Virus record (IMG/VR): IMGVR_UViG_3300044591_002261
Span: 1 to 37,118 of that record
Direction: 5' to 3' (one strand)
DNA from: a virus
Taxonomy: Duplodnaviria > Caudoviricetes
Length of the DNA: 37,118 nt
Part shown: piece after piece, positions 25,296 through 33,834 of the stretch
Numbering within the stretch: position 1 is the first letter of the stretch
How the letters are laid out: each line of letters starts with the position of its first letter
The notes under the pieces: model-generated
Database searches by the model: none
What the model was told of the DNA's origin: nothing
What the model saw: only the letters and a program-made list of their open reading frames with translations
Position numbers and translations under genes: made by a program

Positions 25296-25654
25296 CGGGC
25301 GTCCTCCTGGTCCACGTTGACGAGCGCGAGCGCCGCCGTCGCCAGCTCGTCGAACCACCCACCCGCAGGGAGCTCCAGGAGCGCCGCCTCGTCAGCGGGC
25401 TCGAACAGCTTGCCGCCCGTTTCCGGGTCGAACGCGCAGGCCAGCACTGCGGACACCTGCAGGCGGCCCAGGTCGATGGCGCCCTTCCCGTCGCCGCTCA
25501 CGCCCGCGGCCTTGAGGATGGTCGCGCGGCCAGACACGGAGGGCTGCCGGAGCTCCACGTCGAGCGGCCCCTCCGCAGTCTCCAGCTTGAGCGCCTGCGT
25601 CCGGAACTTCGTCGCGGAGAGGAGAACCCCTCGCGCGCTCTTCTTCGTCGTCAT
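25274..25654 (-). CDS. Tail assembly chaperone (gpG-like)
   Basis: VELRQPSV..R, CAFDPETGGKLF; lies between the tube genes and the TMP; TGATG coupling. Confidence 0.8.
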   Translation of the reverse strand: MTTKKSARGVLLSATKFRTQALKLETAEGPLDVELRQPSVSGRATILKAAGVSGDGKGAIDLGRLQVSAVLACAFDPETGGKLFEPADEAALLELPAGGWFDELATAALALVNVDQEDARKSSSAA

Positions 25655-26310
25655 CAGTTGCCCCACCCAAATGAAACGGAGCCGCCCGCCGGTGTGGCAA
25701 TGGCGGTCCCTTGCAATGAAAGCGAGAGCTCCACCAGCCCCTCGCCGGAACCTTTCTGCTCGAACGACTCAATGACGGCCCACCCGCGGAACAGGTAGCC
25801 ACCGGCCCCGGCCTCGATGAGGACAGGCGTGCCGGCCGCGTGGAGGTCAGCGACCACGCGCGAGCCCGCGCCGGGGTCGTTGTCGTACAGCGCGGACTGC
25901 AGGGTCGTCAGCGACGCCGTGAAATCCTTCAGCGTCAACGCCTTCGCCATGTACCCCGCGGAGTCGAGCGTCGTGGAGTCAGCGAGCGCGCCCTGGGAGG
26001 AGAGCGAAAACTCCCGCACCTCCGCGAGCGTCAGCATCGGCAGGTAGGCCCCGTCGATGGTGACGGGACCCGTCACCGCGTACGACGCGCCGAACGTCAC
26101 GGTGCCGAAGAGATGGCTGACCGAGTAGTTCGACGCGGCCACGGCAACGCCGCCGTCCTTCACGGTGATGGCCGTCGCGGGGTCCAGGACGCGCTTCGCG
26201 GAGCTCGTCACGCGGTACGTCTTTGCCGCAACGAGCCCGCACGCCTCGCCCGTCATCACGACGGAGGAGCCGGCCAACTTGACCGTATTCGCGTGCGCGG
26301 CAATCGCCAT
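25654..26310 (-). CDS. Second tail tube paralog with an inserted beta domain
   Basis: Shares MA.AAH, EV..F..S, D.T..D, L.D, IESFE.KGS..G..E.S.SLQ with the 140-aa tube protein. Confidence 0.75.
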   Translation of the reverse strand: MAIAAHANTVKLAGSSVVMTGEACGLVAAKTYRVTSSAKRVLDPATAITVKDGGVAVAASNYSVSHLFGTVTFGASYAVTGPVTIDGAYLPMLTLAEVREFSLSSQGALADSTTLDSAGYMAKALTLKDFTASLTTLQSALYDNDPGAGSRVVADLHAAGTPVLIEAGAGGYLFRGWAVIESFEQKGSGEGLVELSLSLQGTAIATPAGGSVSFGWGN

Positions 26311-26312
26311 GA

Positions 26313-26735
26313 CTAGACCGCCGTCTTCGCGCCGTTGAGCTGCAGGGAGGCGCTGAACTCCGTCTTTCCGTCCACGCTGCCCTTCACTTCATACGACTCC
26401 ACGATGACGGGGAACTGGTAGCCCCGGCTGCCCGCGGTCGCTGAAGGGTCCCAGTGGATGGTCAGGTAGCCAGTGGCACCCGTGTCGAAGCTCGAGCGGA
26501 TGAGCGCCTGGGGAGCATCCCCGCTCTCCAGGTCGCCCGACAGCGAGAAGCTCCCGTCCTCGAGCCCTGCCAGCTTCAGCTTCACGCCGCTGGCGTCTTT
26601 GAAGTCCGTGACGTCGAGCATCGTCTTCGAGCTCGATGCGGTGAAGTCGTTCAACCCCTTCACCTCATCCGACGAACCGGCCGCCGTGGAGGTGGCCTTG
26701 AAGTAGATCTTCGTCCCGTGTGCCGCGAGTGCCAT
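26313..26735 (-). CDS. Major tail tube protein
   Basis: DVTDFKD..K.KLAGLEDGSFSLSG; VESYEVKGSVDGKTEFSASLQLNG. Confidence 0.85.
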   Translation of the reverse strand: MALAAHGTKIYFKATSTAAGSSDEVKGLNDFTASSSKTMLDVTDFKDASGVKLKLAGLEDGSFSLSGDLESGDAPQALIRSSFDTGATGYLTIHWDPSATAGSRGYQFPVIVESYEVKGSVDGKTEFSASLQLNGAKTAV

Positions 26736-26745
26736 CGTGCTCTCC

Positions 26746-27168
26746 CTACTTGCCTGAACTTTTCTTCAGCGCTGCGACCATCGCGGCGCCGACCTTGCGG
26801 GCAAATGCCTTCCCACGTCCCTGAACTGCCCTCTCGAGGAACTTCGGCGGCTGCCCGGTCCGCGCGAATTTGTCCTCCACTCCAGGGAAGCCGTAGAAAC
26901 CCTCGTGCGCGAATGCCGCGTGTGGCGCCTCGTAGCCCGTCAGCACCGTCGCGCTACGCTTCTGCGACTCAATCTCCACGCCAGTCACGAACCCAGAGCC
27001 GCCGAGCTCGCCGCTCTCCACTGGAAGGCTTCCCTTAGAGGCGCTCAACACGTCCCTGGCCTCCGCCAGCAGAACGGGCGCGCAGCCGCGGAGCACCTCG
27101 GCAGAGGCCTTCTGCAGCTTTGCCCGGAGGTGCCCGAGCCCCTCAATCTGGACGGACGTGCGCGCCAT
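26746..27168 (-). CDS. HK97 gp10-like tail/neck completion protein
   Basis: IEGL..L.AKL, PVESGEL, APHAAFAHEG, PPKFLERA. Confidence 0.8.
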   Translation of the reverse strand: MARTSVQIEGLGHLRAKLQKASAEVLRGCAPVLLAEARDVLSASKGSLPVESGELGGSGFVTGVEIESQKRSATVLTGYEAPHAAFAHEGFYGFPGVEDKFARTGQPPKFLERAVQGRGKAFARKVGAAMVAALKKSSGK

Positions 27169-27176
27169 CTCCTCCC

Positions 27177-27203
27177 TAAATGTGTGCGGTTTTGGCGCGT
27201 GGC
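27177..27203 (-). promoter_or_regulatory. Phage motif copy 4
   Basis: GCCACgcgccaaAACCGCACACATTTA, 8 nt before ATG 27168. Confidence 0.8.
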
Positions 27204-27207
27204 TGAG

Positions 27208-27241
27208 AACGAGAAGGGGCGCCCCGTCGCCAGGGCGCCCC
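27208..27241 (-). terminator. Terminator-like hairpin after the fibre gene
   Basis: 9-bp stem GGGGCGCCC/GGGCGCCCC followed on the minus strand by TTCTCGTT. Confidence 0.5.
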
Positions 27242-27266
27242 AAGTCACAGCATCAGCCGACTAAGA

Positions 27267-29246
27267 CTAGGCCGCCTTCTGGCCGAGGTCCTGGATGGAC
27301 ACCAGCATGCGGGGGGCGTTCAGCGGCCCCACGGACATGCCGTAGCCCAAGCGGATGACGCGGTCGCCGGCCACGAGCGCGCTGTACTCCACCGGCTTGC
27401 CGTCCGCCCCGAGGTAGTACGTGGTGCCCGGGGTGATGCTGTAGCCGGAGGTCGGGAACAGCACCGTGCCGGCCGCCACCAGCGAGGAGGCGATGCCGTT
27501 GGAGATGACGCACACGCCGGCAACCTTGGACGTGGACGGGCTCGAGCAGGACGCCTCGGCAAGCTGCCCGTTCGCCGTGAAGTAGGCAGCCTTGCCCTGC
27601 GCCACATTGCCCATCGTGCTCTTGACTGCGATGGCTGAGTGGCTGTGGTAGAGGTCGCCCTCCGCGTTCGCAAATTCCGCCCCGCTCCCGGAGCCAACCA
27701 GCGCGTTCAGCGAGGTGGCACCCACCAGCGGGTTGACGGCGGAGCCGTTGATCTTGAACGACTGCGGCAGCCCCACCACGTCAAGGCCGGCGGCGGACTT
27801 CGACAAGCGCTGCGAGCTCACCAGCTTGAGCTCGAGGCCGCCGTTGGTGGCGTCGAACTCCATCCCGGCATCGCTCTCCAGCTTGACCGCGAGGTCGCCG
27901 CCGGAGAACTCGAGGCCCTTCAGGGCCGCGAGGTCCACCCGCACGCCATCGCCGTCCACGGACAGGCCGTAGGCGGTCTGAACCTTGGCCGCCACCGCGT
28001 CAGCAACAAGCTGGATGCCGTTGCCCACGTTGACCGACAGCTCGTTACCGGACTGCGCCAGGCCGTTGCCGGCCGTAATCTGACCCAGGCCGGAGAAGCG
28101 CACGAACTCGAGCGCCGTGGTGCCGAGCGTGATGTCGTTGTTCGTGATGAGGACCCAGGTCGAGTTTCCGAACTCGGTGCCCTGCTCCACGAACACGGAC
28201 ATTCCGTCCTTGACCTCGGTGGAGCTGTCAGCATCCGCCGAGCGCGTCCAGTTCCCGGCGGCCACCAGATAGATGCCGTTGTTCTGTCCCGCCGACTGGC
28301 CCGCCACCAGCACCCGGTCGCCCGCCACCAGAGCCACACCGTCGATGGTCTGCGTACCGGAGAGGGTGATATTGCCGGTCGCAATGGCCTTCACCGGGGC
28401 CTTGACGGAGAACCCGGCCTGCAGGCTGTCCGCGTAAGCCTGCAGCTGCGCCACGACCTGCGCGTCTGCCGCCTGGTAGGCGGTGGTGATGGTCTGCGAG
28501 AGGCTGGCGTCGGCCGCCGCGTAGTCGATGGCGAGCTGACTGTCAGCCGCGATGCGGGCCGCCTGCTCCAGACCCAGGTTGGTGGTCAGCGTGGCGTCGC
28601 CGGCCGCCCGGGCAATCTCCTCCGCGTCAATCTCGCCCTGCAACGCAGTGTCCGCGTTGGCGCGAGTGGTGGCTTCCGCGGACAGAGCGGACTGAACGCC
28701 AGAGATGGCGTTAGCTCGCGCGAGCTCCTCGGCGTCGATTTCGCCCTGAAGCGCCGCATCGGCGTTCGCCCGGGTCTGCGCCTCGTTCTGGATGGCCGTG
28801 GTCAGCGCGCTGACAGCCTGCACGCGGGCCAGCTCCTCGGCGTCGATTTCACCCTGCAGCGCGGTGTCTGCGTTCGTCCGAGCAGTAGCCTCGGCCGTGA
28901 TGCCGCCCTGCAGCGCGAGGTCAGCGTTGGCACGCGCAGTGGCCTCGGCGGTGATGTTGCTCTGCAGCGTAGCATCCGCGTCCGCGCGGACGGTCGCCTC
29001 TGCCGTGATGGCGGCGGCGCGAGCCTGAGCCTCAGTGGCGAGGCCGCTGTCCACATAGGCCTTGCGGGCCGCGCTGTTCGCGCCGACCGGCTCGCCCAGG
29101 TTGGCAATGTCTGCACCGCCCACGTCGAGCGCCACGCCGGACACGCCAGAGAGAGTCACCTTGCCGAGCGCGAGCTCGTCCGATGCAGCCTGCTCCTGGC
29201 TGTAGCCCTCAGTGCCGTTAAAGAAAATGAACTTGCGAATAGCCAT
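27267..29246 (-). CDS. Long virion fibre/whisker protein (coiled coil + globular domain + beta-spiral-like repeats + C-terminal domain)
   Basis: 18-aa repeats AEATARANADTALQGEID; GNITLSGTQTIDGVALVAGDRVLV..Q...QNNGIY phage fibre domain; G-L-x(5-6)-L-x-V repeats. Confidence 0.8.
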   Translation of the reverse strand: MAIRKFIFFNGTEGYSQEQAASDELALGKVTLSGVSGVALDVGGADIANLGEPVGANSAARKAYVDSGLATEAQARAAAITAEATVRADADATLQSNITAEATARANADLALQGGITAEATARTNADTALQGEIDAEELARVQAVSALTTAIQNEAQTRANADAALQGEIDAEELARANAISGVQSALSAEATTRANADTALQGEIDAEEIARAAGDATLTTNLGLEQAARIAADSQLAIDYAAADASLSQTITTAYQAADAQVVAQLQAYADSLQAGFSVKAPVKAIATGNITLSGTQTIDGVALVAGDRVLVAGQSAGQNNGIYLVAAGNWTRSADADSSTEVKDGMSVFVEQGTEFGNSTWVLITNNDITLGTTALEFVRFSGLGQITAGNGLAQSGNELSVNVGNGIQLVADAVAAKVQTAYGLSVDGDGVRVDLAALKGLEFSGGDLAVKLESDAGMEFDATNGGLELKLVSSQRLSKSAAGLDVVGLPQSFKINGSAVNPLVGATSLNALVGSGSGAEFANAEGDLYHSHSAIAVKSTMGNVAQGKAAYFTANGQLAEASCSSPSTSKVAGVCVISNGIASSLVAAGTVLFPTSGYSITPGTTYYLGADGKPVEYSALVAGDRVIRLGYGMSVGPLNAPRMLVSIQDLGQKAA

Positions 29247-29308
29247 TGCATCACCCGATGGGTAAGAGGCCGCCCAGGCCAGCCCCGGGCGGATGCCGCT
29301 TTGTCGTC

Positions 29309-29716
29309 TTAAGCCTGCTTATGGAGTGCGCCCGTCACGTCATCGAATGAATAGTCCTTGAGGACAATTCCGAGGCGGTCTTCAACTGCCTTGACGGTGG
29401 CTTGATACTGCTTTTGAGCCTCGGCCGACTTCTGTGCGACGGCACGGGCCTCGTTTGCCATTTTACCGAGCTTCCCCTCGGGGTCAATCTTGCGAAGGTA
29501 GGCGTCTCGCTGTTGCCCTCGCACGTGGGACTCTGCAGCCCAACGCACTGTTTCGGACTCGTAGAGCCGCAGATGCAACCGCTCCTCCGTCGTGAGTGCG
29601 AGCAACTTCACCGGCGCCGCCTTTGCCGGGACTGTCTTCGGCGGAGTCGCCTTCTTCGGCTTGGCCGCATTGGTCTTCGTGGACTTCTCGGGGGACGTCT
29701 TAGCCTTGCTTGCCAT
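29309..29716 (-). CDS. Hypothetical protein with a Lys/Pro/Ala-rich N-terminus and coiled coil (possible fibre chaperone)
   Basis: GAGGA RBS; directly upstream of the fibre gene. Confidence 0.6.
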   Translation of the reverse strand: MASKAKTSPEKSTKTNAAKPKKATPPKTVPAKAAPVKLLALTTEERLHLRLYESETVRWAAESHVRGQQRDAYLRKIDPEGKLGKMANEARAVAQKSAEAQKQYQATVKAVEDRLGIVLKDYSFDDVTGALHKQA

Positions 29717-29942
29717 TGGTGGATCCTCTCAGGGTCCGGTCTCGTAGGTAGCGAAACGACTCGAAGTACCGGAAGAACTCCGAGCGCTGGAACTCCAACT
29801 CGAGCGAGTCGGCCTCTTCTGGCGCCAGTGCGAACTCGAACGAGGCACGGTTGCGTGAACGAACGTGGACCGCAGACAACAACACGCCCGCGTTGACGAG
29901 GTACGCCGCGAATCCAATCTTTTCCGTCTTGAAGCTAACCAA
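29700..29942 (-). CDS. Small protein, DUF5659-like
   Basis: FKTEKIGFAAYLV..G...RASFEF...YFESFRYLRD pattern; TTG start inferred. Confidence 0.55.
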   Translation of the reverse strand: MVSFKTEKIGFAAYLVNAGVLLSAVHVRSRNRASFEFALAPEEADSLELEFQRSEFFRYFESFRYLRDRTLRGSTNGKQG

Positions 29943-30801
29943 GGCGCACCATCTGGGGTGAGGGCTGAAGTGCGAACAGGTGCTCGCCGAGTGCAACACC
30001 GACGGCCTGCACGAACGCCACGCCAGACGGCGACTCGCCGGCAGCGGGGACTGTGGTGGTAGGCCGCCCGTCCCACCCCACGAATACGGTCCTCCCTGGC
30101 ACGAGCGCGGGCCCGCCGAACGCGCCGACGTCGCAAAGGCCGGATCGCTGCACCAGCGCCACCGTGTTCGCAGGCTTCGACACCAGGACGCCCACGACAG
30201 GGAGCCCCAGGGGCGCGGAGGGGTCTGCCGTCACGACGTGGGGCGAGCCGTCCACCGGGGGGCCTGCCACCCCGACGAGCCGTCCGGGCACGTCCGCGGA
30301 GGAGCACGCCGCCTCGAAGACGCTGGCGCCGTTGCCGGGGGAAACGACGCCCCCCAGCACGGGAGCGCCATCCGCCCCTTCGGTGGAGTACTGCGCCTCG
30401 ACGTTGAAGACCCAAAGCGGGCGGTCGGAGCCATCCACCGGAAGGCGGAGAGGCGCGGATTCCCGAGGGCGGACCACGACGTAGGGCGCCAGCGCGGGGA
30501 GCATCAGCGCTGAGTGGACGCCGAAGGCGAGCTCCTGCCCCGCGGCGTGGTCCTCACGAGGGCCGCGAACGACGACCTGACAGGTCGCCCGCATGTAGAC
30601 CGTCCGCGAGCTGCCCAGGTACGGCTCGGGGTCTCCGCCGCCCGTCGACAGCACCGCGACGACAACGTCAGGCACGGTGAAGTCGTCGTCCTCCGGGAGC
30701 GCGCTGAGGAAGAGGTTGCCGGGCGCACGAGGAGGACGCGCGAGGCCCAGCGAGGCCGCCTCGAGCACCACTGCCAGGTCCGCCGCGACATCCCGCAGCA
30801 T
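29935..30801 (-). CDS. Tail terminator / minor capsid-3-like protein with an extra C-terminal domain
   Basis: N-terminal ~140 aa GNLFL..LP...STGG..P...QVVVRG...D...RPLWVFN; C-terminal ~130 aa resembles the fibre C-terminus. Confidence 0.72.
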   Translation of the reverse strand: MLRDVAADLAVVLEAASLGLARPPRAPGNLFLSALPEDDDFTVPDVVVAVLSTGGGDPEPYLGSSRTVYMRATCQVVVRGPREDHAAGQELAFGVHSALMLPALAPYVVVRPRESAPLRLPVDGSDRPLWVFNVEAQYSTEGADGAPVLGGVVSPGNGASVFEAACSSADVPGRLVGVAGPPVDGSPHVVTADPSAPLGLPVVGVLVSKPANTVALVQRSGLCDVGAFGGPALVPGRTVFVGWDGRPTTTVPAAGESPSGVAFVQAVGVALGEHLFALQPSPQMVRLG

Positions 30802-31124
30802 CAGAACCACACCTTTCGGTACCGCACGACGCCCGCGCCGTCGATGAACTCGCCGATGGACAGTGGGCGCCGCGCTCGGTTGACGTCCGTGGTGGGCTCG
30901 CCGGGAAACCAGACGCGGGAGTTGAGCGTCAGGGCCGCGGTCGTGAAGACGACGTGAGAGGCGAGCGCTTCGGCGCCCTTCGCATCGCGGATGAGCTTCT
31001 GGAGGGGCTGCACGCGAGCCGGGGCTGTCGAGACGGGAGAGAGCGTCGGCTTCCCGTACGCATCTCGCCCCGTCACCTCCGCGAAGGAGATGCGTTGGCG
31101 GAAGTGGTCCGAGGCCTCCGCCAT
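30801..31124 (-). CDS. Head closure (stopper) protein
   Basis: RDAYGKP, PARVQ..KLIRDAKG.E..ASHVVF; position after the adaptor. Confidence 0.75.
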   Translation of the reverse strand: MAEASDHFRQRISFAEVTGRDAYGKPTLSPVSTAPARVQPLQKLIRDAKGAEALASHVVFTTAALTLNSRVWFPGEPTTDVNRARRPLSIGEFIDGAGVVRYRKVWF

Positions 31125-31792
31125 CACGACACCCGGAGCGAGCGGTAGGGAGCGAGGATTAGGACGGCCGCACTCGGCAGAACGTCAACGCCGCGGCCGA
31201 TTGCCGTGTTCGTCCCTGCGTAGGAGACGGACCAGTCTCCGAGGCTCTCACTCGCGACGTTAGAGTCCTGCGTCTGCCGCCGGTAGAAGTCTGCCGCCGT
31301 GATGACTGCGGCCTCCTGTACGTCCTCGGGGAGCGTCACCGTCAGCGCTGCGTCAAGCGCCCTCTGCCCTGGGGTGACGAAGCCCGCCGAGTACACAACG
31401 ACGATGCCGTCCGAGCGACCGAAGTTCACGTCTGGGCTCGAGGTGATTCTCCCCGTGTGAACGCCTGTATCCATCCACACGCCCTCGCGGCGCAGGAGCA
31501 TCCCTGCGTTTGCGAGCTGCCCGAGGAACTCGTAGGACGTCGAAGGCACCGAGACACCGGCCTCGGTCACGCTCGCGACGGAGACGATGGGGGCGCGCTC
31601 GAGGAGGAGCAGCGGGCGCCCGTAGCCGGGCGGGTACTCCGTCACCGTGGCACGTTCAAACGGCCGGCCGCAGTAGCGAGCCACCGCGCGTGAAGCGGCC
31701 GTGACGGCACGCTGAAGTCGCGCGTCGTCCGCGACGCCCAGGTCGCTCGCCACGGTTGCGGAAAGGCAGAGATCGACGGCGTTCGCGGGCAC
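31124..31792 (-). CDS. Head-tail adaptor (gp6-like) with an inserted beta domain
   Basis: DDARL...AAS..V.RYCGR.F; VVYSAGF; LPEDVQEA; SESLGDWSVSY; ILAPYR. Confidence 0.85.
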   Translation of the reverse strand: MPANAVDLCLSATVASDLGVADDARLQRAVTAASRAVARYCGRPFERATVTEYPPGYGRPLLLLERAPIVSVASVTEAGVSVPSTSYEFLGQLANAGMLLRREGVWMDTGVHTGRITSSPDVNFGRSDGIVVVYSAGFVTPGQRALDAALTVTLPEDVQEAAVITAADFYRRQTQDSNVASESLGDWSVSYAGTNTAIGRGVDVLPSAAVLILAPYRSLRVS

Positions 31793-31803
31793 GGGGGCTC
31801 CTC

Positions 31804-31848
31804 AAGAAAAAGCGCCGCCGATGCCGGTAGTCCGGACACCGGCGGCGC
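31804..31848 (-). terminator. Rho-independent terminator after the major capsid gene
   Basis: Stem GCGCCGCCG...CGGCGGCGC followed by TTTTTCTT on the minus strand. Confidence 0.8.
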
Positions 31849-31872
31849 GCCCGTGGGGGGGAACGGGTTGAA

Positions 31873-32946
31873 CTACTCGTCGGACACGACGGAGAAGGCC
31901 TTGTCGTGGCGAACCTTGAAGTCCATGCGGACGATGGCGCGCAGCATGGTCTCGTCGTACGCGGCGCGCGTGTCGGTGTGCATGGTGACGTTCACGTCCT
32001 CGTCGATACCGGTGATGAAGTGCCGGAAGTCACCGAACACCAGCTTGCCGCTTGGCACGCGCGTGGACACCACGAAGGGCATACCGCGCAGGGTCTTCCC
32101 GCCGAGCATCTCGTCGCGGAACAACCACCCGCCCGCATCGCGCAGGCCCAGCAGCTCGGACGCCTTGCGGGGCGCCATCAGCCACGCGGGCGAGCCGATG
32201 TTGACGTCGGCAGCGAGCACCATCTCCACCGCCTGGTCGACGTCCGCGATGAAATCAGCGACGTCCGTCCCGCTCCGCACGAACTTGTTGCTCGCGTGGA
32301 TCTGGGCCAGCAGGCCCGCCGGCTGGTTGCCAACCCCGGTGCCGTTCAGCGCCGTGTGGTCGACGCCGTGTGCCATCGCGTTGCGGGCCTCCTCGCCGAC
32401 GAAGGCATCGCCCACGCCCGGGTTACGGACGAGGTCGTTCGAGAGGTTGATGATTGCCATGCCCTTCTTCGCGGTCAGGATGACCTTCCCGAAGGTGGGC
32501 TTCGTCTCCGGAGTGGTGTCGCCCTCGCCAATCCACGTCAGGGAGGCGCCGGAAAGCTGCTTGGGAATCTCCAGCCGGTACTTGAACGGCACCATCTGGA
32601 CGCCCAGCTTGTCCATCAAGCTCACCGGACGGAGGAACTCGATGACGTCGCTCGAGTACTGGATGGGCACCAGGGCGCCGGCGGAGTCGAACACGGACTC
32701 CTGAATCGCCTTCGCCATCTCCTGCCCGCCGAAGTGCGCCGCGTGCTTCGACAGCTCCTCGCGCCCCCCGCTCTTCGCGGCGGCAACGGACTTCAGGAAG
32801 GCACCGAACGTGGCCGCGTTCTTCAGCGCGGAGTACTTGACGGGCTCACCGCCCTTGGTTGCCAGGGGGGCGCGCTCGCCGCGCGACTTCTCCACCAACT
32901 GGTCCGCGACGTTCTTGGCAATCTCGTTCATCTGCTCGGCGGTCAT
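31873..32946 (-). CDS. Major capsid protein, HK97 fold
   Basis: AGALVP.QYS..VIE.L, WIGEG, V.LTAKK, S.DL, LNGTG..QPAGL, GDF, R...RMDF.VRH..AF. Confidence 0.93.
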   Translation of the reverse strand: MTAEQMNEIAKNVADQLVEKSRGERAPLATKGGEPVKYSALKNAATFGAFLKSVAAAKSGGREELSKHAAHFGGQEMAKAIQESVFDSAGALVPIQYSSDVIEFLRPVSLMDKLGVQMVPFKYRLEIPKQLSGASLTWIGEGDTTPETKPTFGKVILTAKKGMAIINLSNDLVRNPGVGDAFVGEEARNAMAHGVDHTALNGTGVGNQPAGLLAQIHASNKFVRSGTDVADFIADVDQAVEMVLAADVNIGSPAWLMAPRKASELLGLRDAGGWLFRDEMLGGKTLRGMPFVVSTRVPSGKLVFGDFRHFITGIDEDVNVTMHTDTRAAYDETMLRAIVRMDFKVRHDKAFSVVSDE

Positions 32947-33800
32947 GCGTTCTCCTTCAGGATGGACAGCGTCCGGGCCGCGATTTCCTTCGCGAGCTCG
33001 TTGAGGTTGAGGGACTTCTCGACGGCGGGCTTCTCGTCACCGGGCGCCGCCGTCGCGGACGCCGGAGTCTCTTCGGGCTCGGCTTCGGTCTCGGTCTCCG
33101 TTTCGACCTGGAACGCCGTCACCTCCCCGCCGCACTCAGGGCACGCAGGGGTCTCCGACTTCCACTCGCAGGAGTTGCACTCCACCAGCGCCCCTCCCGC
33201 AGCCTTCATCTCCTTCTCGGGAACCGGCTCCTCGACAGAGGGGGCAGCGGGCTTCTCCTCCGCCTTGGCCCTCATCACCTCGGCCACCACCCGCCGAACC
33301 ACCGCCTCAACGTCTTTCTCAATCGACTTCATCACGCGCACCGCCCTCTGGTTGCCGGGGATGGTCACGACGGAGATTTCAAGGAGGTCCTGCTCGTGGC
33401 TGTCGTAGCCACCGAGCTCGTTCTCCGCGAACTTGGTCATCAGGTACCGAACCGAGACCGCATTGAGAAAGCCGCCAGCCACCTTGGACTCGACCTTCTT
33501 CGCGAACTCGTCACCCTGGTCGAACTCGACGTCCACGAAGAGAGCATCCCCCTCGATGTACGCGTGCCCCTTGCCGATGGGCAACAGGGGCGCGCCGACC
33601 AGAGAACCGGCGAACTCGTCGTGGTTGTAAAGGATGACGGGGTTCGCGTTGTAGCTGTCGAGCTGCCAGCCTTGGGGGCTGACGCGGTCCTGATAGCGGT
33701 CCGGCAGTCCGTCGTTCGCGCGGAACGTGTAGACACCCCCGCTCCCTTCACGGGACGCGGGCGCGGCTTTCACGAACTGGAGTGCCTTCGCGCGTTGCAT
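32943..33800 (-). CDS. HK97-type prohead protease with an acidic C-terminal extension
   Basis: DRYQD, NPVILYNH, PIGK, GFLNAVSV, LLEISVVTIPGN. Confidence 0.92.
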   Translation of the reverse strand: MQRAKALQFVKAAPASREGSGGVYTFRANDGLPDRYQDRVSPQGWQLDSYNANPVILYNHDEFAGSLVGAPLLPIGKGHAYIEGDALFVDVEFDQGDEFAKKVESKVAGGFLNAVSVRYLMTKFAENELGGYDSHEQDLLEISVVTIPGNQRAVRVMKSIEKDVEAVVRRVVAEVMRAKAEEKPAAPSVEEPVPEKEMKAAGGALVECNSCEWKSETPACPECGGEVTAFQVETETETEAEPEETPASATAAPGDEKPAVEKSLNLNELAKEIAARTLSILKENA

Positions 33801-33807
33801 CTCCCCC

Positions 33808-33834
33808 TAAATGTGTGCGGTTTTGGCGAGTGGC
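33808..33834 (-). promoter_or_regulatory. Phage motif copy 5
   Basis: GCCACtcgccaaAACCGCACACATTTA, 7 nt before ATG 33800; starts immediately after the portal stop codon. Confidence 0.8.

Noticed and set aside
29270-29292. Terminator between the basic protein and fibre genes
   Set aside because: Only a short CCGCCC/GGGCGG stem with a large loop and no U tract
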